DNA from: a bacterium
GTDB lineage: Bacteria; Desulfobacterota; JAPLJL01
DNA: 64,000 nucleotides
NCBI GenBank assembly: GCA_028713675.1
Contig: JAQTNV010000011.1
Coordinates: forward strand, 4,411-68,410
Direction: 5' to 3'
This document shows positions 1 through 8,419 of the stretch, one piece after another. Position 1 is the first letter of the stretch. The number at the start of each line of letters is the position of its first letter. A model generated the notes under the pieces. That model made no database searches. It was given only the letters and a program-made list of their open reading frames with translations, and had not been told where the DNA came from. A program made the translations under genes and the position numbers.

Positions 1-1
1 C

Positions 2-1495
2 ATCATCACCAAAGAGCCCCGGGACGAAAAACGGGCTGAGGCGATCACCGAGGTCGGCGGCTACAATACCGATCTGGGCACCCTCTTCTTCAAGGCCAAG
101 GGCGCCTACCAAGGCCGCTCCTGGGGGTTCAAGCTTTCCGCCGACCGCCAGCAATCCTGGAGCTCGAGCGTCCCGGGTGAACCGGCCGCGGAGGTCAACC
201 GGGTCAGCCTGAAAACCGGTTCAGACCTGCCCCATAACAGCCGGGTGGACGTGGATGCCAGCTTCGCCTTCGGGGATTCCCGTTCCTATGCCGTTATCGG
301 GGAAGCCCCGGTGACCGACATTCTGCTCTCCACCATTTACCTGCACGGCAACTGGGACAAGCTCAATTTCAAGCTCGGTTATTACCGCTTCAACTTCGAC
401 ATGGGCCTGGATATCCCTTATCTGCCTCCCTGGATGATCCGTGGACTTTTCGGAGAGAGCTACCCGATCCCGGCGTCAACCAATAACCTGGAGGGCGGGC
501 TCGACTATTCCGTTTACCTCGGGGTAAAAAACCGCCTCACTTTTGGAGCCGGCTACCTCTTAAACACTTTTCAGAGTTCCGCACTGGCGAAGGAATACAA
601 CCAGGAGCAGCGGATCGGGGCTTACGTTCAGGATGAATGGAATTTCCTTCCCCCCTTAAGCCTGTTTACCGCTTTTCGCTACGATTACAATTCCAAAACC
701 AGCGACGATTATTCTCCCCGGGTCAGCCTGGTCTATACCCCTCACCCCCGGCACACGCTCCGGGCTTCCTTTGCCCGGGCTTTCCGCAAGCCCTCTTTCT
801 GGGAATACGGGATGAATCTCAAAACCATGAACCTCAGTTCCTCGAATCTTAGTAATGAACATATCAATTCCTTCGAACTCGGCTACAATTCCCGACTTTC
901 CCGACATCTTTCCCTGACCGCGGCCCTCTTTTACAACCAGTATCGCGACATCGTCGGGTTTGATGAAGACCAGATTTTCACTAAGCTCGAGACTCATTCC
1001 GACAGCATCGGGGGAGAACTCGCGCTCGACCTGGTCCTCCGGAAGAACCTCAAGGGTTTCGCCAATGCCTCCTACGTCGAGCCGATTGACCGTTCCGGCG
1101 GTCGTCCGGAAGTCCATTTAGACCTCCACCCGAAATACAAGTCCAACTTCGGGGTCTCCTGGCAGCCCCTCCCGGCATTATCCCTCAGCCTGACCGGATC
1201 ACTGATCGGTCCCAAGACCGACCGCATCCTCGACTCCTCCGGGGCCACCCAGGAGATGGTGCCACAGAAGCTTCCCGCCCAGTTCCTCCTCGGCACCCGC
1301 CTGGCCTATTCCTTTTTCTCGGATCACGCCGAGGTCGGGGTCAAGATCTACAACCTGCTGGGGAATGAAGGCCGCCAGTATCCGGGGGCGGACTGGAATT
1401 ATGACATCGACGGAGACGGGCAAGCCGAAGCCACTAACTTTGCCGGGGAAAAGCAGGTCCGGACCATCACCGGCTTCGTCCGGATCTCCTGGTAA
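2..1495 (+). CDS. TonB-dependent receptor-like outer-membrane beta-barrel protein, C-terminal part (5' end outside window)
   Basis: The reading frame is open from base 2. It carries beta-barrel-like alternating hydrophobic stretches. The C-terminus ends ...FVRISW, aromatic-terminal like OMP/TonB-dependent receptor barrels. Confidence 0.55.
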   Translation: MITKEPRDEKRAEAITEVGGYNTDLGTLFFKAKGAYQGRSWGFKLSADRQQSWSSSVPGEPAAEVNRVSLKTGSDLPHNSRVDVDASFAFGDSRSYAVIGEAPVTDILLSTIYLHGNWDKLNFKLGYYRFNFDMGLDIPYLPPWMIRGLFGESYPIPASTNNLEGGLDYSVYLGVKNRLTFGAGYLLNTFQSSALAKEYNQEQRIGAYVQDEWNFLPPLSLFTAFRYDYNSKTSDDYSPRVSLVYTPHPRHTLRASFARAFRKPSFWEYGMNLKTMNLSSSNLSNEHINSFELGYNSRLSRHLSLTAALFYNQYRDIVGFDEDQIFTKLETHSDSIGGELALDLVLRKNLKGFANASYVEPIDRSGGRPEVHLDLHPKYKSNFGVSWQPLPALSLSLTGSLIGPKTDRILDSSGATQEMVPQKLPAQFLLGTRLAYSFFSDHAEVGVKIYNLLGNEGRQYPGADWNYDIDGDGQAEATNFAGEKQVRTITGFVRISW

Positions 1496-1496
1496 G

Positions 1497-2426
1497 ATGA
1501 GAAACCGGTTCAGAAAATTCTCGTGCGCGTTCCTGCTCCTGGCCCTGGGGGTTCTGTTTCCCCTCTCCGCCCGGGTGGAGGAATCCCCCGCGGTCGCCAT
1601 CCTCCTGAGCGGCAAACAGCCCGCATTCCAGGAAGTGGCGGCGGGGTTCATGGAAACCGCCCGGGAGATACGGCTGTTCCCCTTCGAACTGGGCGGGACC
1701 GAGGAAAGCCGCGGGAAGGTGATCAAAACCCTGCGCTCGGGAGCCACCCCCGCCGCCATCTTCGCGGTCGGCTCGCAGGCTGCCGAGCTGGCCCAAAAGG
1801 ATTTTCCGGAAGTGCCCCTGGTCTTCTCCATGGTTTTAAACCCCGAACCCTTCCTGGGTCATCCGAACACCACCGGGATTACCATGAAAATCCATCCCCG
1901 GGACCAGCTCCAGGCCTTTAAAAAAATCCTCCCCCGGATCCGGAAAATCGGGGTGATCTACGACCCGGAGCAAAACCGCTCCACCATCGCCGAAGCCCAG
2001 GCCGCCGCCCGGGAAATTGGCCTCACCCTGCTCGAAAAACGGGTTAGTCAAACCCGGGAAATCGCCAACGCGATCAAGGATCTCATGTACCTGGTTGACG
2101 CCTTCTGGATCATTCCCGACCAGACCGTGATCTCCAAGGAATCCTTTCAGTATTTCCTGGAAACCTCGATTGAGCGGAAGATCCCCCTTTTCGCCTTCTC
2201 CGGCATCCTGGTCAAGGGCGGGGCCCTTCTGGCCCTGGCCCCCGATTATCAGGACATGGGCCGCCAAGCCGGGAACCTGACCAAAAAAATCCTGGCGGGG
2301 AAATCCCCCCAGAGCCTGCCTCCGCTTTCCCCCGAGGGCCACCTGGTCCTGAACCAGCATACCGCGCAGGCCCTCGATCTCACCATCCCTCCCGAGATCC
2401 TGAAAACGGCCGAGAAAACCTACTAA
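1497..2426 (+). CDS. ABC transporter substrate-binding protein (PF04392 'ABC_sub_bind' family)
   Basis: It has a signal peptide (MRNRFRKFSCAFLLLALGVLF). Conserved blocks (YDPEQN, AFWIIPDQTV, VKGGALLALAPDYQDMGRQAG) are typical of this family. The ATG overlaps the upstream stop. Confidence 0.7.
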   Translation: MRNRFRKFSCAFLLLALGVLFPLSARVEESPAVAILLSGKQPAFQEVAAGFMETAREIRLFPFELGGTEESRGKVIKTLRSGATPAAIFAVGSQAAELAQKDFPEVPLVFSMVLNPEPFLGHPNTTGITMKIHPRDQLQAFKKILPRIRKIGVIYDPEQNRSTIAEAQAAAREIGLTLLEKRVSQTREIANAIKDLMYLVDAFWIIPDQTVISKESFQYFLETSIERKIPLFAFSGILVKGGALLALAPDYQDMGRQAGNLTKKILAGKSPQSLPPLSPEGHLVLNQHTAQALDLTIPPEILKTAEKTY

Positions 2427-2475
2427 GCTAAAAACCGCTTTAAAAATTCTAAATAATTCATACAATAAGAGGGAA

Positions 2476-3417
2476 TTGACGGATCCGTTTAAAATGGTGG
2501 AAAAAATCAGAACCCAAGCTGGCTGGCTTCTCTGGGGCATTCTCATCTGCTGTCTCTGGCCCCCTTCCTCGGCCCCCGCCGCCGGGGTGTTCGTGCTCAA
2601 GAGCAACGACATCCCGGCCTACGAGGAAGTCCTCCGCGGCTTCCGGGAGGTGGTGGGAAACAGCAATTTCGAAACCTTCAGCCTGAAAGGCAACCCCGCC
2701 TCGGCCGCCCAGGCGGTGCCCGCCGCCCAGGCCAGCAATCCGGCGGTGATCCTGGCCGTGGGCAGCGATTCGGCCCGGGTCGCCCGGGAACAGCTGGCCG
2801 GCATTCCCACCGTATTCTCCATGGTCCTGGATCCCTCCGAATTCCAGAAAAACGAAAAAATTACCGGCGTGAGCTTCCAGGTTCCGGCCCGGGCCCAGTT
2901 CCAGACCCTCACTTCCGTACTGCCCCAGGCCCGCCGGATCGGGGTCATTTATGACCCCACCTTGAGCCTTTTCATCATCCGCGACGGCCGCCAGGCCGCC
3001 GCGGCTCTGAATCTGATCCTGGTGGAAAAACCGATCACCTCCAGCAACGAGATCGCCAACGCCATCAAGGAAATGATCTGGACCGTGGATGTTCTCTGGA
3101 TGATCCCGGACCAGACGGTGGTTTCGAAGGAATCCTTCCGCTACATGCTGGAGTCCACCCTGAACCGGAAGATCCCGATCCTGACCTTCTCCCAGAGCTT
3201 TGTAAAAGGCGGGGCCCTTCTGGCCCTGGCCCCCAACTATCAGGACATGGGCCGCCAGGCCGGCCGCCTGGTCCAGAAAATTCTCAGCGGGACCTCCCCC
3301 GGCAGTCTGCCCTCGGCTCACCCGCAGGGGTACCTGTTCCTGAACCTGAATACCGCCAACGCTTTGAATATCAGCGTCCCCCCGGAAATCCTCCAAAAGG
3401 CCGAGCAAATCAAGTAA
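2476..3417 (+). CDS. ABC transporter substrate-binding protein (PF04392 family), tandem paralog
   Basis: It is about 45% identical to the upstream gene (VLWMIPDQTVVSKESFRY..., VKGGALLALAPNYQDMGRQAG). The start is either TTG at 2476 or ATG at 2494. Confidence 0.7.
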   Translation: MTDPFKMVEKIRTQAGWLLWGILICCLWPPSSAPAAGVFVLKSNDIPAYEEVLRGFREVVGNSNFETFSLKGNPASAAQAVPAAQASNPAVILAVGSDSARVAREQLAGIPTVFSMVLDPSEFQKNEKITGVSFQVPARAQFQTLTSVLPQARRIGVIYDPTLSLFIIRDGRQAAAALNLILVEKPITSSNEIANAIKEMIWTVDVLWMIPDQTVVSKESFRYMLESTLNRKIPILTFSQSFVKGGALLALAPNYQDMGRQAGRLVQKILSGTSPGSLPSAHPQGYLFLNLNTANALNISVPPEILQKAEQIK

Positions 3418-3539
3418 ATAAGCCAGGCAGGAAACAATACAAATCCGGGGAAAAATTAAATTTCGGGAGACGCTCTTCTATTAGCGCCTTCTTACCTTCT
3501 AGGCTTCCTAACTTTTAGGCTTTTAGGCTTTGCAGGGTT

Positions 3540-4097
3540 TTACGCTGACGGCTTTTTCCGCCGGATCCGGAGCTTGGAAAGCTTGGGGATTTTCGGCATC
3601 CGGGGGGCCCGGATTTTTCGGCCCGCGGGTTTCTTCGGCAGGACCACTCCCGGATTCATCGGAACGGTCAGGACCGGGAAAAGCGCCCGGCGGACTACCC
3701 GCTCGGCCACGCTCCCGATCAGGGCCCGCGACAACCCGGTCCGGCCATGGGTTCCCATGACGATCAGGCTGGCCTGTTCCTCCCGGGTTCCGGCCAGGAT
3801 CTCCTCGTGGGGATCCCCAAAGCGGAGACGGATCTCGATCTTCACTTTGTCGTTCCCTTTATGCTGGGCCATGACCTTGAGCCGGTCCTCAGCTTCTTTT
3901 TCCATCTCCCGGCGAAGGTCGGCCTCGGTCACAATGCCGGAGACAAAAAGCGGGTAGCTGGCCAGGGTCTGGATAACGTGCAGGAGAACGATCGACGACC
4001 CGCAGTTCTCGGAAAGATGAACGGCATATTCCAGGGCCTTCTCCGAATTTTCGGAGAAATCCGTGGGAACCAGGATCTTGGGGAAGACATTAACCAT
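3540..4097 (-). CDS. universal stress protein (UspA family) with basic C-terminal tail
   Basis: It has a Usp fold signature (ILVPTDFSENSEKALEYAV...LLHV...MGTHGRTGLSRALIGSVAERVVRRA). A Lys/Arg-rich tail follows the domain. Confidence 0.7.
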   Translation of the reverse strand: MVNVFPKILVPTDFSENSEKALEYAVHLSENCGSSIVLLHVIQTLASYPLFVSGIVTEADLRREMEKEAEDRLKVMAQHKGNDKVKIEIRLRFGDPHEEILAGTREEQASLIVMGTHGRTGLSRALIGSVAERVVRRALFPVLTVPMNPGVVLPKKPAGRKIRAPRMPKIPKLSKLRIRRKKPSA

Positions 4098-4200
4098 AGT
4101 ATTTAATTAATTAACAGATTTTGCCGGTCAAGCCAAGGCCCTGTTCGGAAAACACGTAAGGCGTAAGGGGTTATACTCACGTTAGGGGTTTTCAGAAAAA

Positions 4201-4368
4201 CCGGGGGGAAGGTTCTCGCGACGCGAACACTTTGGAGATCAGGCTTCGATAAATTCGACGATAAGGTATCTATCGATACGGGCTAGACCCTGCGGGTCAG
4301 CCTGCTAGATTACGGTAGGAACCTATTGTGCGCGGAGCGAAACCTTCCCCCCAAAAAAGAAAAAGAGC
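4201..4368 (+). repeat. structured interspersed element, copy 1 (GGGGGGAAGGTT...AACCTTCCCCCC termini, A-rich 3' tail)
   Basis: It is about 80% identical to copy 2 at 8173-8367. Conserved blocks are CTAGAC, GGGTCAGCCTGC and GGAGCGAAACCTTCCCCCCAAAAAGAAAAA. It lies 115 nt upstream of and co-oriented with the dipeptidase gene. Confidence 0.6.
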
Positions 4369-4479
4369 TAACGAGTGAGATTAAGAAAGCTGACCGCCGG
4401 CCGAAGAAGGCTTATATGCCGTCTGCGATTTGCCGTCTACCTTTTTTCAGGAATTTGAACAGTGTTAGAATAACCCTTC

Positions 4480-5445
4480 ATGGAAAGAATCGCCGACCTC
4501 CATTCCCACGCCCTCCTCAACATGACCTACATGCGGAAGGACCTGTCCAAAAAACATAAGCCTCCCCTGTTCTGGAATCCCCTCAGGAATCACCTGGATC
4601 TGCCCCGGCTTGAAGCCGCGGGTGTGAAGCTCTCGACCTTCAACATTTACGTTCCCTTCAAGTTTCCCTTTAAAAGCTACCAGGAAGGCGTCCACCGGAT
4701 GGCCGATATTTTTTTGGAATTTATGGAGAAAAACTCCACCCGGATCGGGCATGCCCGTTCTTTCTCCGAAATCGAAGCCCTGAACCAGAAAGGGCGGATC
4801 GCCGCGATCCTGGCGGTGGAGGGCGGGCACATCCTGGAAGGCCGCCTCGAAAACCTCGAATATCTGAAATCCCTGGGCATTCTCTACCTGACCCTCGCCC
4901 ACTTCGTGGATAACGATATCGTGGGGGCGGCCTGGGGAAGCAAGCAGGGCCTGACCGGCTTCGGCAAGGAGCTGATGAAGAACCTGCCCGCCGCGCGGAT
5001 CCTGCCCGACGTGGCTCACACCTCGACGCGGGGTTTTTACGAAATTTTCGAGCACTACTCCGGCCCGGTGATTTTTTCCCACGGCGGGGTCCGCCGCTTC
5101 TGCGACGCGGACCGGAACCTCTCCGACGACCAGATCAAGATGATCGCGCAAAGCCGGGGCCTGATCGGGATCATGCTTTACCCCTGGTACCTGAAGCGTT
5201 TTTCCCTGTTCGGCGGTCCGGAACTCATTTCCGACACCTATAAGCACATCGAAACCCTGATCGGACCGGACCGGATCTGCCTGGGCACCGACCTGGACGG
5301 CTACATCCGGACCGTCCGGGGGGTCCGGGACGTGGCCGACCTCCCCGCCCTGCTTGAACGGATCAAGAAGAACCTCGGGCCGGAGCGGGTAGCAAAGCTG
5401 GCCGGGGAAAATCTTTATAACTTTCTGAAGGAAATAAATTTTTAA
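4480..5445 (+). CDS. membrane dipeptidase (peptidase M19 / renal dipeptidase family)
   Basis: Motifs DLHSH..., LDLPRLEAAGVK, AILAVEGGH and LGILYLTLAHF match M19 conserved blocks. Confidence 0.7.
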   Translation: MERIADLHSHALLNMTYMRKDLSKKHKPPLFWNPLRNHLDLPRLEAAGVKLSTFNIYVPFKFPFKSYQEGVHRMADIFLEFMEKNSTRIGHARSFSEIEALNQKGRIAAILAVEGGHILEGRLENLEYLKSLGILYLTLAHFVDNDIVGAAWGSKQGLTGFGKELMKNLPAARILPDVAHTSTRGFYEIFEHYSGPVIFSHGGVRRFCDADRNLSDDQIKMIAQSRGLIGIMLYPWYLKRFSLFGGPELISDTYKHIETLIGPDRICLGTDLDGYIRTVRGVRDVADLPALLERIKKNLGPERVAKLAGENLYNFLKEINF

Positions 5446-5482
5446 CGGTAGACGGCAGACGGTAGACAGTAGACGGGGTAAA
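5446..5482 (+). repeat. GGTAGAC heptamer array immediately after stop codon
   Basis: The sequence is TAAcGGTAGACGGCAGACGGTAGACAGTAGACGGGG. Near-identical arrays follow the stop codons at 18832 and (minus strand) 16982. Confidence 0.6.
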
Positions 5483-5571
5483 ATCCGACAAGACAATAAT
5501 CATTTTCTTTCTTTCGCGTCCCAACTGCCCAGCGGTGGCAAACTTTGAACCGTGAGCCTTGAACCCACATT

Positions 5572-6195
5572 ATGTTGAACGTTTACGAAATTTTTCCCAC
5601 TATTCTCGGCGAATCCTCCCGAAGCGGGTACCCGGTCGTCCTGGTCCGCCTGACCGGCTGCAACCTCCGCTGCCGTTACTGCGATACCGCCTACGCCTAC
5701 TCCGGCGGGCAGGAGTTGCCTCTTCCGGAAATCATCAGGAGAATCCAGGGACCCGGCCTTTCCCTGGTTTTGATCACCGGCGGGGAACCTCTGCTCCAGG
5801 CCGAAACCCCGGCCCTGATTAAGAACCTCCTGGATTCCGGGATGACCGTTTTAATCGAAACCAACGGCTCGCTTCCCGTCGGGACAGTCGACCCCCGGGC
5901 CGTGATCATTCTCGACCAGAAATGCCCCGGCAGCGGGATGTCCGGCCGGATGGACCCGGCCAACCTGGATCTGGTCCGCGCCCAGGATGAAATAAAATTT
6001 GTTCTTTACGACCGGGAGGATTACGTCTTCGCCCGGGACCTGAGCTTGCGGAAAAACCTGCCCCGGAAATCCCAGGTGATTTTCTCCCCGGTTCACAGTT
6101 TTTTATCACCTCAAGTCTTGGCCGAGTGGATTTTGAAAGATCGCCTTCCGGTCAGGCTGGGTCTTCAGCTTCACCATTATATTGGGGTAAAGTAG
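5572..6195 (+). CDS. queE: 7-carboxy-7-deazaguanine synthase QueE (radical SAM)
   Basis: It has the CNLRCRYCDT (CX3CX2C) cluster motif. ITGGEPLL and a length of about 207 aa fit QueE. Confidence 0.85.
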   Translation: MLNVYEIFPTILGESSRSGYPVVLVRLTGCNLRCRYCDTAYAYSGGQELPLPEIIRRIQGPGLSLVLITGGEPLLQAETPALIKNLLDSGMTVLIETNGSLPVGTVDPRAVIILDQKCPGSGMSGRMDPANLDLVRAQDEIKFVLYDREDYVFARDLSLRKNLPRKSQVIFSPVHSFLSPQVLAEWILKDRLPVRLGLQLHHYIGVK

Positions 6196-6253
6196 ACCAA
6201 AAGATATATTTGTGTATAATAGACCAACGGACATACTTAACGTTTTTTAATAA

Positions 6254-6979
6254 ATGGGGAAAAGAGCGCCTTCTGTTGTCCTCCTGAGCGGAGGCCTGGA
6301 TTCCACGGTGACCGCCGCGGTCGCCCGCCGGGACCGGCCGCGGAATCCCCTGGCCCTGCTTCACGTCAACTACGGGCAGAAATCCCAGGCCCGGGAGCTG
6401 AAAGCTTTTCGGAGAATCGCCGGGGTTTACCGGGCCGACCAGCTTCTCACCCTTGATTTTTCCCACCTGAAAAAAATCGGGGGCTCCAGCCTGACCGATA
6501 CCGGGAGGAAAATTCCGGACCGGCATCCCGGGACCGGTATCCCCACCACCTACGTCCCCTTCCGGAACGCCAATCTCCTGGCCGCGGCCGTCGCCTGGGC
6601 CGAGGTCATCGGCGCCGACCGGATTTATATCGGGGTGAACGAACCCGACTCCCGCCATTATCCCGATACCCGGGCCGAATTCATCCGGGCCTTCGGCCGG
6701 GCGGTCAGTCTCGGGACCAAACCGAAGACCCGGATCACCCTTCATACCCCCCTGATCCGGTTGAAGAAATCCGGGATTGTCCGTCTCGGGCACCAGCTCG
6801 GCGCCCCCTTTCACCTGACCTGGTCCTGCTACCGGGGCGGGCCCCGTCCCTGCGGCCGCTGTTCCAGCTGTCTCATCCGCGGGAAAGGTTTTCAGCAAGC
6901 CGGCCTTCCCGATCCCCTCTCACCGAAGAAATTCCTCGGCCGAAACAAGATCCGTTCTACCAAAATAAATATATTTTAA
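6254..6979 (+). CDS. queC: 7-cyano-7-deazaguanine synthase QueC
   Basis: It carries the SGGLDS PP-loop and a C-terminal zinc-binding CGRCSSC motif. It lies adjacent to queE. Confidence 0.9.
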   Translation: MGKRAPSVVLLSGGLDSTVTAAVARRDRPRNPLALLHVNYGQKSQARELKAFRRIAGVYRADQLLTLDFSHLKKIGGSSLTDTGRKIPDRHPGTGIPTTYVPFRNANLLAAAVAWAEVIGADRIYIGVNEPDSRHYPDTRAEFIRAFGRAVSLGTKPKTRITLHTPLIRLKKSGIVRLGHQLGAPFHLTWSCYRGGPRPCGRCSSCLIRGKGFQQAGLPDPLSPKKFLGRNKIRSTKINIF

Positions 6980-7001
6980 GCGGCGGGCGCCGCCTTTTGT
7001 C
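6980..7001 (+). terminator. putative intrinsic terminator of queC
   Basis: A GGCGG-GCG-CCGCC hairpin starts 1 nt after the queC stop. It is followed by TTTTGTC. Confidence 0.5.
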
Positions 7002-7111
7002 ATCCCCGCGAAAGCAGGGATCCAAGAGATAAAGAAAAATCTGGATTCCCTGGCCGACACGAGCGTCAGCTAGGGCAGGCCGCATCAAGTGCGGAATGAC
7101 GGAATAAGGCG
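6998..7111. repeat. MITE-like double-hairpin element, copy A (GTCATCC-hp...hp-GGAATGAC)
   Basis: Its ends are tGTCATCCCCGCGAAAGCAGGGATCCAa and CTGGATTCC...GCATCAAGTGCGGAATGACGGAATAAGGCG. The same ends occur at 36619-36741, 39694-39753 and 41248-41284, with compensatory stem changes between copies. Confidence 0.6.
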
Positions 7112-7130
7112 GGAAGGCAATCTCGAACCG

Positions 7131-8006
7131 ATGCCGGAAATGAAAAAAAAGACTGCGGATTTTTGTCTCACTTTAGCACTAAAAGACGTGTACAAACCTT
7201 CCACTATTCCCCTGAAAGATAATTCCTCCGTTCGGATCGGGACTTCGTTGACCAACGACATCCTGATCAACTCTCCGGGGATTTCGCCCCGGCACGCCGA
7301 GATCATTTCCGGCCCGGAAGGATTTGTTCTCCGCGAGCCGGGGGAAAACCGGGAACGGAAACTCGCCCCCGGCCAAAACCTGAGTCTGGGGAACCTGACG
7401 GTTTCCCTGGAATCGGGGAAACCCCGGCTTTCCCGGCCGGCCGCGAAAATAAGTCCGGGAAAATCCTCCCCCGCCAGGCTGCGCGTCATCCTCTTCGCCC
7501 TCATCGGCCTGGCCTTGGTTTTTCTTTTCTTTTATCCCGCGCCCTCGCCACGGACACCGCCCTCCCTGAAGGAGGATAGTGTCCCGGAGACAAAAAGCTC
7601 TCCTTCGCCCGGCGGGGAAATGTCCACCCTTCCGCCCGAGCAGAGAATCTCCCGGGCCCGGGCGTCCCTCGCGCTGGGGGAACAGCGGCTCAAGGATTAC
7701 CGGATCAGTATTGAAAACTTGAGCCTGGCCCGGGCGGAATTCCAGAAGGCGATGATTCTGCTGGAAGGCCAGAGCCCCGCCCCGGATTTCCTGGCCGCCC
7801 TGAATGGCCGGCTCCGGCAGACCGAAAGCCTGCTGGAAGAGGAATTCCGCCGGCGGAAGTTTTCCGCCGAGCAGGCCATCCGTTTCCAGGATCCCGACCG
7901 GGCCGAGCTGGAGCTGAAAAATATCCAGAAGCTTCTCAATGTTCCGGACGACCCCCGTTATCGCTACGCCCAGGAACGTCTGAAGGAAATCGGCAGGGCC
8001 AACTGA
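7131..8006 (+). CDS. FHA domain-containing protein (N-terminal FHA, one TM segment, C-terminal coiled-coil)
   Basis: It has an FHA-like block (IPLKDNSSVRIGTSLTNDILINSPGISPRHAEIISGPEGFVLRE). A hydrophobic helix (LRVILFALIGLALVFLFF) follows. Confidence 0.6.
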   Translation: MPEMKKKTADFCLTLALKDVYKPSTIPLKDNSSVRIGTSLTNDILINSPGISPRHAEIISGPEGFVLREPGENRERKLAPGQNLSLGNLTVSLESGKPRLSRPAAKISPGKSSPARLRVILFALIGLALVFLFFYPAPSPRTPPSLKEDSVPETKSSPSPGGEMSTLPPEQRISRARASLALGEQRLKDYRISIENLSLARAEFQKAMILLEGQSPAPDFLAALNGRLRQTESLLEEEFRRRKFSAEQAIRFQDPDRAELELKNIQKLLNVPDDPRYRYAQERLKEIGRAN

Positions 8007-8089
8007 AATGGCATAGCGCATAGAGCATAGGGCACAGAGTAAACACAATAAGCAGCCTCCGGCCCGGAGGGTAGGCAGTAAGCACCCAA

Positions 8090-8125
8090 AAACAGGTGCA
8101 CCAGAGACAAAAGCACCTGTTTGGA
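8090..8125 (+). terminator. candidate hairpin terminator after FHA gene 1
   Basis: AACAGGTGC and GCACCTGTT form a 9-bp stem around a 13-nt loop. GTTTGG follows. Confidence 0.35.
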
Positions 8126-8172
8126 GATAGGAGATAGGGAACAGAGTATTTATTTTATTGGCTTTTCCAGAG

Positions 8173-8367
8173 CCCCGGGGGAAGGTTCTCGCGACACGAA
8201 CTCTTAGGAAATCAGGCCACGATGAACTCGATGACTAAATATTTATCGATACTGGCTAGACACGGTTGCCCCGAGCGTAGCCGAGGGGCGGGTCAGCCTG
8301 CCGCATTTACGGCACGGCACTTATGGTGAGGGGAGCGAAACCTTTCCCCCAAAAAGAAAAAAATGCC
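8173..8367 (+). repeat. structured interspersed element, copy 2
   Basis: It has the same termini and core as copy 1, plus a ~20-nt internal insertion. It lies 53 nt upstream of and co-oriented with FHA gene 2. Confidence 0.6.
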
Positions 8368-8419
8368 TCATTTGGCTATTTGGCTTGTCGACGAAGAAGC
8401 GAACCTTGCTTCTTAAAGA

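Noticed and set aside
4465-5496. Long antisense ORFs opposite well-supported genes (e.g. 4465-5496 -, 7179-8048 -, 22513-23670 -, 24345-26066 -, 41352-42971 +, 43167-44297 +, 45475-46722 +, 48262-49752 +, 61596-62651 -)
   Set aside because: These are typical GC-rich shadow ORFs. Their products are low-complexity (Gly/Arg/Pro-rich) with no family resemblance, and the opposite strand carries clearly homologous genes.
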